40,075 nucleotides of DNA from Lentisphaeria bacterium (GTDB lineage: Bacteria; Verrucomicrobiota; Lentisphaeria; Victivallales; UBA1829). This document shows positions 8,285-15,280 of this stretch, in pieces. The notes beneath the pieces are model-generated. The model was not told the origin of the DNA. It was given only the letters and a program-made list of their open reading frames with translations, and did no database searches. How positions within the stretch are numbered: position 1 is the first letter of the stretch; every line of letters begins with the position of its first letter. Location of the stretch: NCBI GenBank assembly GCA_017524965.1, contig JAFXUM010000151.1, positions 1 through 40,075 of the forward strand, written 5' to 3'. The position numbers and the translations under genes were made by a program.

Positions 8285-8313
8285 AACATAATGCTGTTTC
8301 CGGGAAAAATCAA
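8285..8313 (-). promoter_or_regulatory. sigma70-type promoter for the 7619..8209 / 5811..7622 operon
   Basis: Minus strand TTGATT (8313-8308) - 17 nt - TATGTT (8290-8285). Confidence 0.45.
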
Positions 8314-8320
8314 GCTTTAA

Positions 8321-8350
8321 AACAAAAAAAGCGGATTCAAAACCGTCCGC
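8321..8350 (-). terminator. Second (tandem) terminator after the candidate sRNA
   Basis: Minus strand GCGGA-loop-TCCGC followed by TTTTTTTGTTTT. Confidence 0.45.
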
Positions 8351-8372
8351 ACAGCCCTCCCCGAAAAAAGGC

Positions 8373-8486
8373 AAAAAAAAACAGAAGCAGGGTTTCATAT
8401 ACCGCTCCAACTAAATAGTAGGTGCAATAAGGCCTTGCGGCCCCGATATATTTCTTGTTCAGAGGAATGAACCGCTGCTTCCTGAT
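8373..8486 (-). ncRNA. Candidate ~110-nt structured small RNA (family not recognised)
   Basis: The 5' segment CAGGAAGCAGCGGTTC (8484-8469) pairs with the 3' segment GAAACCCTGCTTCTG (8396-8382), about 13 bp with 3 bulges. It is followed directly by T9 (8381-8373). Central GGCC-GCAA-GGCC GNRA hairpin. Own promoter upstream. No ORF. Confidence 0.35.
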
Positions 8487-8490
8487 GTTT

Positions 8491-8518
8491 AATTTAGGCG
8501 GGTTTTCCGAAAATGCAA
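8491..8518 (-). promoter_or_regulatory. Putative promoter of the candidate sRNA
   Basis: Minus strand TTGCAT (8518-8513) - 16 nt - TAAATT (8496-8491). T7-C-A7 palindrome (8532-8546) sits in UP-element position. Confidence 0.35.
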
Positions 8519-8620
8519 GTCTTCCGGTGCATTTTTTTCAAAAAAAGTCGTTTCTTCGCCGCGTCTTCCCCGCCGCACCGCGGACAGAGCCGAAAATATC
8601 GTTTTTTTGGGCGTTTCGAC

Positions 8621-8648
8621 TGGAAAAATGCGTTTTTTGAGCTATCTT
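8621..8648 (+). promoter_or_regulatory. Possible hisD operon promoter
   Basis: TGGAAA (8621-8626) - 16 nt - TATCTT (8643-8648). Each hexamer is one mismatch from the local consensus. Confidence 0.3.
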
Positions 8649-8692
8649 ATATGGATTAATGTTTGCGCCCCCGAACCAGAAAGGACCTTCCC

Positions 8693-9991
8693 ATGAAAAT
8701 CATTGACTGCACCGATGCCGATTACGGGCAGACGCTTCAATCGCTTTATACCCGGCCGGCGTGTCCCCCCGAGATCGAGGAGCGGGCACAGGCGATCGTG
8801 GACGAGGTCCGTGCGCACGGCGACGCGGCCGTCCTGTCGCAGATCGCGAAATTCGACCGCGTGATCCTGACCTCGCCCGAGCTGAAAGTCTCCGACGAAG
8901 AGATCGCCGCCGCGAAGAAGGCCGTCTCCAAAAAGACCAAAGACGCGGTCAGACTCGCGCTTGCCAACATCACCGCGTTCGCGAAGATGCAGATACCGCG
9001 TTCGTGGACCTCGCATCCGCGTCCCGGCGTCACGCTCGGCGAACAGTTCAAGCCGATGGACCGCGTGGCATGCTACGTGCCGGGCGGCACGGCTCCGCTG
9101 GTCTCCAGCGCGCTCCACACGGTCGCCATCGCAAAGGCCGCCGGAGTCCGCGAGATCATCGCCGCCACGCCTCCGCGCAAGGACGGCAGCATCAACCCGG
9201 CCACGCTGTACGCGCTGAACGCCGCGGGCGCCGCGGCCGTCTACAAGATGGGCGGCGCCACGGCCATCGCCGCGCTCGCATACGGCACGGAGACGGTCCC
9301 CGCCGTCGAGAAGATCGTCGGTCCGGGCAACGCCTACGTCGCCGCCGCCAAACGCTACGTTTACGGGCGCGTCGCCATCGACATGGTCGCCGGACCGTCC
9401 GAGGTCATGGTGGTCGCCGACGGCAGTGTGAACCCGGCCTGGACCGCCGCCGACATCCTGTCGCAGGCGGAACACGGCTCCGGCCTCGAACAGGCCGTCC
9501 TGGTCACGGATTCAAAGAAAGTGCTCAAAGACGTGCAGGCGCAGATCCTCGAACAGTCCAAGACGCTCACGCGCCAGGGGCCGCTTCAGAAGGTGCTCGC
9601 CAACGGCATCTTCCTGATCCGCTGCGCCTCCATGGACGAGGCGGCGGAGATCGCCGGAAAGTTCGCGCCGGAACACCTCGAGCTCCATTGCGCCGAACCC
9701 GCGAAATTCGCGAAGCGCATCCACGCCGCGGGCGCGATCTTCCTCGGGCCGTGGACCCCGGAACCCGCGGGCGATTTCACCGCCGGCCCGAGCCACGTGC
9801 TGCCGACCGCCGGGACCGCCCGGTTCTTCCACGGCATCACCGCGGGCGATTTCTTCTGCCGCAGCAGCATCCTGTCGTTCACGGAGAACGCGCTGATGCG
9901 CGAGGTGGACGCGATCGAACACTTCGCCGAGCTCGAGGGGCTGGACGCCCACGGGCGCAGCGCATCCATCCGCAGAAACGGCGGGAAATAA
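8693..9991 (+). CDS. hisD: Histidinol dehydrogenase
   Basis: Start at MKIIDCTD (ATG 8693) with GAAAGGA RBS. Family motifs GPGNAYVAAAKR, SQAEHG, and C-terminal GLDAHGRS. Confidence 0.92.
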   Translation: MKIIDCTDADYGQTLQSLYTRPACPPEIEERAQAIVDEVRAHGDAAVLSQIAKFDRVILTSPELKVSDEEIAAAKKAVSKKTKDAVRLALANITAFAKMQIPRSWTSHPRPGVTLGEQFKPMDRVACYVPGGTAPLVSSALHTVAIAKAAGVREIIAATPPRKDGSINPATLYALNAAGAAAVYKMGGATAIAALAYGTETVPAVEKIVGPGNAYVAAAKRYVYGRVAIDMVAGPSEVMVVADGSVNPAWTAADILSQAEHGSGLEQAVLVTDSKKVLKDVQAQILEQSKTLTRQGPLQKVLANGIFLIRCASMDEAAEIAGKFAPEHLELHCAEPAKFAKRIHAAGAIFLGPWTPEPAGDFTAGPSHVLPTAGTARFFHGITAGDFFCRSSILSFTENALMREVDAIEHFAELEGLDAHGRSASIRRNGGK

Positions 9992-10009
9992 GGCGAAAGG
10001 CGGCCAATC

Positions 10010-11086
10010 ATGACACCCGACAAATACACATCCTATTTCCGCAGGGACATCGACCGGATGGACGGCTACGCCCCCGGCGAACAGCTGAACATCCCCGAGC
10101 TCATCAAGCTCAATACCAACGAAAATCCGTTCCCGCCCTGCCCCGGCGTCTTCCAGGCGCTGTCCTCCATCGACCCGGAACGCCTCCGCCTGTACCCGAA
10201 TCCGACCTCGGATCCCGTCCGCGACGAGATCGCGAAGATGTTCGGGCTGACGCGCGACAACGTGATCGCGTGCAACGGCTCGGACGACACGCTGAGCATC
10301 ACGGTGCGGTGTTTCTCCTCGGCCGAGCTGCCGATCGCCTGCCTGCGCCCGTCCTACACGCTGTACCCCACGCTGGCGGCGCTCCACGGCGCGCCCGTGC
10401 GCTATATCGACCTCGCGGACGACTTCGGGCTGCCGGACGACATCCTGAAACAGCTCGAAGGCACGAACCTCTTCCTCATCGCGCGTCCGAACGCCCCGAC
10501 CGGCAACAGTTTCCCGCGCGCCGCGATGGAGAAGATCTGCGAAAACTACAGGGGCATGGTCCTGATCGACGAAGCCTACGCCGACTTCGCGTCCGACAAC
10601 TGCGCCGACTTCGTGAACCGCTTCCCGAACGTGATCGTCTCGCGCACGTTCTCGAAATCGCGTTCGCTCGCCGGGCTCCGCTTCGGCTTCGCCCTGGCGC
10701 ATCCGCGCACGATCGCCGGCATGATGAAGATGAAGGACTCGTACAACGTCTCCTACCTCACGCAGATGCTCGCGATCGCCGCGCTTCAGGACAAGCAGTA
10801 TTTCACGGACTGCGTCGAAAAGATCCGTCTGGCGCGCGAAATGCTCCGCACCGGACTGCTCGGACTCGGGTTCGAGGTTGTCCCGTCCGAGACGAACTTC
10901 CTTTTTGCCGCCCCGCCCGACGGCGACGGCGAACGCTGTTTCCGCGAGCTCCGCGCCCGCAACATCCTCGTCCGGTATTTCCCGTATCCGCGCACGAAAC
11001 GCTTCGTGCGCATCTCCATCGGCACGTCCGTCCAGATCGTGAAGGTGTGGTCGGTCCTGTCCCAGATCTACGGAGCAAAATCATGA
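10010..11086 (+). CDS. hisC: Histidinol-phosphate aminotransferase
   Basis: 358 aa. KLNTNENPFPP N-terminal motif and PLP-lysine motif SRTFSKSRSLAGLRFG. Confidence 0.9.
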   Translation: MTPDKYTSYFRRDIDRMDGYAPGEQLNIPELIKLNTNENPFPPCPGVFQALSSIDPERLRLYPNPTSDPVRDEIAKMFGLTRDNVIACNGSDDTLSITVRCFSSAELPIACLRPSYTLYPTLAALHGAPVRYIDLADDFGLPDDILKQLEGTNLFLIARPNAPTGNSFPRAAMEKICENYRGMVLIDEAYADFASDNCADFVNRFPNVIVSRTFSKSRSLAGLRFGFALAHPRTIAGMMKMKDSYNVSYLTQMLAIAALQDKQYFTDCVEKIRLAREMLRTGLLGLGFEVVPSETNFLFAAPPDGDGERCFRELRARNILVRYFPYPRTKRFVRISIGTSVQIVKVWSVLSQIYGAKS

Positions 11087-11859
11087 GCACGCTGTCCGCC
11101 CCGAAGAAAACGTTCCGTCTGTTCGCCCTGGCGGCGCTTCTGGCCGTCCCGTGCGGACTGCGCGCGGACGTCTTTTCCATCTGGCCGTTCGGCGGCGGCG
11201 CGGCGGCGAAAAACGGTGTTTCGGACATGTCGGCGGAGGCCGCCGAGGACACGCTCGCGACGCTGCTCGACGCCACGCAGTTCTGGTCCGAGAAGGTCGC
11301 GATCAACGGACAGAACATGACCATGAAGATCTCCATGTCCGACCAGCCGCTTTCGCTGGTCCGGGCGTCCGTACTGAAGCTCTTCCCCTCGGCGCAGGCC
11401 GCGGGCAACGAATCGTCCCTGCTCATGCGGCGTCCGCTCGACGACGGCGGCTCCCAGCGCATCTTCCTGCTTCAGCTCCGCGGCATGAACCCGCTTCTCC
11501 AGTTCACGACGGTCCTGCCGAAGGACATGCCGCGCGAGTGCCCGCGTCCGCTCTGGCCCGCCGAGTTTCCCATTGTCCCCGGCGCGGCGTCCTTCCAGCT
11601 CATGCAGTTCCCGAACCGCGGCTCGCTGTTCGGCACCTACGAGATCGCAAACTCCGAGATCGCGCCCGTCATGGACGACCTGACCGCGAAGATCCTGAGC
11701 GCGGGCTGGGCGCCGGCCACCATGGAGCACGCCGACCTCTTCATCGGGACCGGCGAGATCTTCATGAAGAAGGACCCGGACGCGCTGCTCCTGCTCGGCA
11801 TCGTGCGCGACGCCGCCGGAGCCGCTCAGGTATCGTTCTACACGCGCAAACTCAAATAA
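11083..11859 (+). CDS. Secreted hypothetical protein (signal peptide), 258 aa
   Basis: ATG 11083 overlaps the hisC stop (ATGA). N-terminus MSTLSAPKKTFRLFALAALLAVPCGLRA. It is the tail of spurious long ORF 8761..11859 and shows normal composition only from this Met on. Confidence 0.65.
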   Translation: MSTLSAPKKTFRLFALAALLAVPCGLRADVFSIWPFGGGAAAKNGVSDMSAEAAEDTLATLLDATQFWSEKVAINGQNMTMKISMSDQPLSLVRASVLKLFPSAQAAGNESSLLMRRPLDDGGSQRIFLLQLRGMNPLLQFTTVLPKDMPRECPRPLWPAEFPIVPGAASFQLMQFPNRGSLFGTYEIANSEIAPVMDDLTAKILSAGWAPATMEHADLFIGTGEIFMKKDPDALLLLGIVRDAAGAAQVSFYTRKLK

Positions 11860-11884
11860 CCCTTTTCAACAGGAAGCCCCGACC

Positions 11885-12565
11885 ATGGCAAGTTCAGTAA
11901 TCGCGATCGACGGTCCCGCCGCGTCCGGCAAAAGCACGGCCGCCCGGAACCTCGCCGTCCGCCTCGGCATCCCGTACATCAACACCGGTTCCCTTTACCG
12001 CGCCATCGCGTGGAAAGCCGCACAGCGCGGCATCTCCACCCGCGACGAGGCCGCGCTCCGCGCCATGCTCGCGGACACCGTCATCCGGTACGCCGTCCCG
12101 GCGGGCGGTGGCAACCCGGACATCGAGATCGACGGCGTTTTCCCCGGCCAGGCGCTCCGCGCCGCCGAGATCGCGCAGGGGGCGTCGAACGTCGCCGCCA
12201 TCCCGTTCGTGCGCGCCTTCACGCTCCAGATCCAGCGAGACGCCGCGAAGGATCAGCTCGTCGTAATGGAGGGACGCGACATCGGCACTGCGGTCTTCCC
12301 CGACGCCAAGTACAAATTCTTCCTCACCGCTTCCCCGCGCGTCCGGGCGCTCCGGCGGCTGGCGCAGGGCGGCGAGACGCCCGACAACGCCACGGTCGAC
12401 TCCGTGGCGGCCGAGATCGCCGAACGCGATCTTCAGGACATGAACCGGTCCGTCGCCCCGCTCAAACAGGCCGACGACGCGGTGTTCATCGACAGCAGCG
12501 GCATGACCGCCGAAGACGTGCTGGACGCGATGGTCCTGTGCATCCGGGACGGAGGCGACGCATGA
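11885..12565 (+). CDS. cmk: Cytidylate kinase
   Basis: 226 aa. IAIDGPAASGKST P-loop and VMEGRDIGT motif. Confidence 0.9.
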   Translation: MASSVIAIDGPAASGKSTAARNLAVRLGIPYINTGSLYRAIAWKAAQRGISTRDEAALRAMLADTVIRYAVPAGGGNPDIEIDGVFPGQALRAAEIAQGASNVAAIPFVRAFTLQIQRDAAKDQLVVMEGRDIGTAVFPDAKYKFFLTASPRVRALRRLAQGGETPDNATVDSVAAEIAERDLQDMNRSVAPLKQADDAVFIDSSGMTAEDVLDAMVLCIRDGGDA

Positions 12566-12978
12566 CCGTCTCCGCGTCCCTCGACTACCGCGTGCCGTAC
12601 GCCGACACCGACCAGATGACGTTCGTCTACTACGCGAACTATCTCATTTACTTCGAGATGGCGCGCGAGGAGCTCATGCGCGCGATCGGGCTGCCATACA
12701 GCAGGCTCGAAGAGCTCGGCTGCGCCCTCCCCGTCCTTGAGGCGGTCTGCCACTACAAGAAGCCCGCCAGGTTCGAGGACATCCTCACCATTACCGCCAC
12801 CCTCGCCGAGATGAAAGGCGTCCGCGTGAAGATCGCCTGCACCGTCAAGCGCGGCGAAGAGCTGCTCGCCGAAGGCTGGACCGTCCACGCGTTCATGAAC
12901 CGCGACGGCCGCCCGCAGAAGCCCCCTCAGGTCTTCCTCGACGCCATCCATTCCGCACCAACCTCTCCTGAATCATAA
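12562..12978 (+). CDS. YbgC/4HBT-type acyl-CoA thioesterase
   Basis: ATG 12562 overlaps the cmk stop (ATGA). YRVPYADTDQMTFVYYANYLIYFE motif. Tail of ORF 12010..12978. Confidence 0.75.
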   Translation: MTVSASLDYRVPYADTDQMTFVYYANYLIYFEMAREELMRAIGLPYSRLEELGCALPVLEAVCHYKKPARFEDILTITATLAEMKGVRVKIACTVKRGEELLAEGWTVHAFMNRDGRPQKPPQVFLDAIHSAPTSPES

Positions 12979-12993
12979 AGGATTTTATTTCAA

Positions 12994-13500
12994 ATGAGCA
13001 ACAACACCAATCCCGATCTCTGCCCCTGCGGATCCGGCGAACACTTCGCCGACTGCTGCGAACCCGTCATCCTCGGCGCCCGCAAGGCGAAAACTCCCGA
13101 GGAACTCATGCGTGCGCGCTACTCCGCCTACGCCACCTGCCACGTCGATTTCATCCTCGACTCCACGCACCCCGAACAGCGCGCCACCTGCGACCGCCAG
13201 GAAGTCAAGAACTGGGCGGAACAGTCCGAGTGGAACGGCATCAGCATCCTCCGCACCGAACGCGGCGGCGAGAAGGATTCCGACGGCATCGTCGAGTTCG
13301 TCGCGCACTACAAAAACCGCAACATGCAGATGGAGCACCACGAGATTTCCGAGTTCCGCCGCAGCGGCGGCGAGTGGTTCTTCTACGACGGCGCGATCGT
13401 CGGCCCGAAGCCCTACGTCCGCACCGCGCCGAAGGTCGGCCCGAACGATCCCTGCCCCTGCGGCTCCGGCAAGAAGTACAAGAAGTGCTGCGGCAAGTGA
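12994..13500 (+). CDS. YchJ-family protein with N- and C-terminal SEC-C metal-binding motifs
   Basis: 168 aa. [13 protein letters not shown] at the N-terminus and [14 protein letters not shown] at the C-terminus. Confidence 0.8.
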   Translation: MSNNTNPDLCPCGSGEHFADCCEPVILGARKAKTPEELMRARYSAYATCHVDFILDSTHPEQRATCDRQEVKNWAEQSEWNGISILRTERGGEKDSDGIVEFVAHYKNRNMQMEHHEISEFRRSGGEWFFYDGAIVGPKPYVRTAPKVGPNDPCPCGSGKKYKKCCGK

Positions 13501-13573
13501 TTTCCTCGGCGCGTTTCCCGGCACGATGCAATAAAGCAGCCCCGGAAAGCGTTAATGGATCAGACTGACAAAA

Positions 13574-13623
13574 GACGTTCCGCCAAACGGTTTTTCCTGT
13601 GACGGAACGTCCTTTCCCTTTTT
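13574..13623 (+). terminator. Hairpin terminator ending the hisD...ychJ-like operon
   Basis: 9-bp stem GACGTTCCG (13574-13582) / CGGAACGTC (13603-13611) followed by CTTTCCCTTTTT. Confidence 0.5.
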
Positions 13624-13652
13624 CACGTACACGCAAATCCGAGGTCTTTCCC

Positions 13653-14846
13653 ATGCAGAACAAAACGAAAAAGCGCCTGAAACTCGTTCTGATCCTCACT
13701 CCCGTCGCGCTTGTCCTGATCCTTGCTGTCGTCGCGCTCGGCGCGTGGCGCATGTTCGGCACGTTCATCGTGGCGGCGCGGAGCATCCGCAAGCTCCAGG
13801 ACGGCCTGTACGTCATGGAATACCGCGGCGACTACGGGTTCGACGACTTCCTCGCGCAAGGCGGCGCGGACAGCGATTCCGCCATGGCGGACTATCTGGT
13901 CGGATTCCTGTCTCGCGGGTATTACAAAAAGGCCGACAACGACATCCGGCCCGGCGATTACGGCTGCACCACGGTCTGCGTGAAGGACGAGAACGGCGCC
14001 GTGTATTTCGGGCGGAATTTCGACTGGAAGAAGGGCCGCGCCATGATCGTCCACACCGTGCCGGAAAACGGCTACGAATCCCTGTCCACCTGCGGCCTCG
14101 ATTTCCTCGGATTCGGCGACGATTATGAGCCCGACGGCTCCATGCCGGAGCGCATTCAGACGCTCGCGGCGATCTATGTGCCGCTGGACGGCATGAACGA
14201 GAAGGGTCTGATCGTCGCCGACCTCATGGCCGGGGACGACGAGGAGACGCACCAGAAGACGGACAAACCCGACCTCACGACCACGACCGCGATCCGGCTG
14301 CTGCTCGACCGCGCGGCGAACGTGGACGAAGCCGTCGAGCTGCTGAAACAGTACGACATGAACTCGTCCATCGGCGCGGCGCATCATTTCGCCGTCGCGG
14401 ACGCGACCGGGAAAAGCGTGGTCGTGGAGTACGTGAACGGCGAAATGCTCGTCACGGAAACGAACATCGTCACGAACCACTACCTCGCCGACTGCCCGAA
14501 GAAGGGCGTCGGGGACGAGGACTCCCACCTGCGATTCGACTGGCTGTCCCGGTTTGGGCCGGATTTCGTCCTCGGCAGGTCCGGCGATGGTCAGTACCGC
14601 TGGGGGCCAGGATTCCCGTTCCAGCAAGTCAGGGCCTTGCTGATGTCCGTCGCGCAGTCGCAGTATCCGCAGACGGACGACGGCAATGCCGTGACCCTGT
14701 GGAGCATCGTCTACGCCCCGGGGGAACAGAGGGCCGACTTCTATTTCCGTGAAGATTTTAAGTACGGTCATCGGCTTTTTCTCCACCCCGAGATTAAGAT
14801 CAAAAACAAATTCATATCCGATACCCCCGTCGTTTACGTCGATTGA
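13653..14846 (+). CDS. Ntn-hydrolase, linear amide C-N hydrolase (choloylglycine hydrolase / penicillin V acylase-like), membrane-anchored
   Basis: Start at MQNKTKKRLK (ATG 13653). Signal-anchor helix. Candidate nucleophile context DYGCTTVCVKDENGAVYFGRNFDW. Confidence 0.7.
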   Translation: MQNKTKKRLKLVLILTPVALVLILAVVALGAWRMFGTFIVAARSIRKLQDGLYVMEYRGDYGFDDFLAQGGADSDSAMADYLVGFLSRGYYKKADNDIRPGDYGCTTVCVKDENGAVYFGRNFDWKKGRAMIVHTVPENGYESLSTCGLDFLGFGDDYEPDGSMPERIQTLAAIYVPLDGMNEKGLIVADLMAGDDEETHQKTDKPDLTTTTAIRLLLDRAANVDEAVELLKQYDMNSSIGAAHHFAVADATGKSVVVEYVNGEMLVTETNIVTNHYLADCPKKGVGDEDSHLRFDWLSRFGPDFVLGRSGDGQYRWGPGFPFQQVRALLMSVAQSQYPQTDDGNAVTLWSIVYAPGEQRADFYFREDFKYGHRLFLHPEIKIKNKFISDTPVVYVD

Positions 14847-14868
14847 ACCGGCATCAGGAGGCTATCCC

Positions 14869-14958
14869 ATGATTTACGACCACATCGACAATATCGGGCT
14901 GTACCGTTCCGGCGCGGCGACGGTCCCTTCGTATCCGAATCCTCGCCCTGGAGTATGA
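14869..14958 (+). pseudogene. 29-codon remnant resembling the N-terminus of YhcH/YjgK/YiaL (DUF386) family proteins
   Basis: AGGAGG 8 nt upstream of the ATG. Peptide MIYDHIDNIGLYRS... matches the usual family start (MIxxxLxNxxxY), then diverges and stops. A terminator lies only ~70 nt further. Confidence 0.3.
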
Positions 14959-15025
14959 AAGATATGAACTGAGCCGCCGCGAAGGACCGCGGCACGCTCT
15001 CTTTTCCGGCACATCGTACCATCCG

Positions 15026-15053
15026 CGCCTCCTCGATCCGGGGAGGCGTTTTT
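15026..15053 (+). terminator. Rho-independent terminator
   Basis: CGCCTCC (15026-15032) / GGAGGCG (15042-15048) followed by TTTTT. Confidence 0.7.
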
Positions 15054-15172
15054 CATTTCATGCACGTGGCATTTCAGGAAACGCAGGACCGGGCAGGTTT
15101 TCTTTCACGCTCCGTGTTTCCTTTTTCCTTCGTCATCCCCGCGATTTCAACACAAAAAAACGTCCCGCAGCC

Positions 15173-15201
15173 TTGATTTCACGGGAAAAGAATTGTATAT
15201 T
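15173..15201 (+). promoter_or_regulatory. sigma70-type promoter of the GH43-GH51 operon
   Basis: TTGATT (15173-15178) - 17 nt (ending TG) - TATATT (15196-15201). Confidence 0.6.
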
Positions 15202-15280
15202 ATGGAAAAATCGCCAGGTCAAACCACGAACCAACGGGAAACGCGCCGTCCGCACGCCGTTTCCACACAGGAGATCGCAC

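Noticed and set aside
8469-8484. SRP (4.5S) RNA, suggested by the minus-strand string CAGGAAGCAGCGG resembling the conserved GGAAGCAGCC of SRP helix 8
   Set aside because: In SRP RNA that motif lies immediately 3' of the GNRA tetraloop. Here it is at the 5' end of the rod, and the sequence flanking the GCAA loop lacks the conserved symmetric and asymmetric loop residues.
8621-8632. sigma54-type promoter (TGG...TGC) upstream of hisD
   Set aside because: The GG-to-GC spacing is ~8 nt rather than the required ~12 nt. It is better read as a slightly degenerate sigma70 -35 element.
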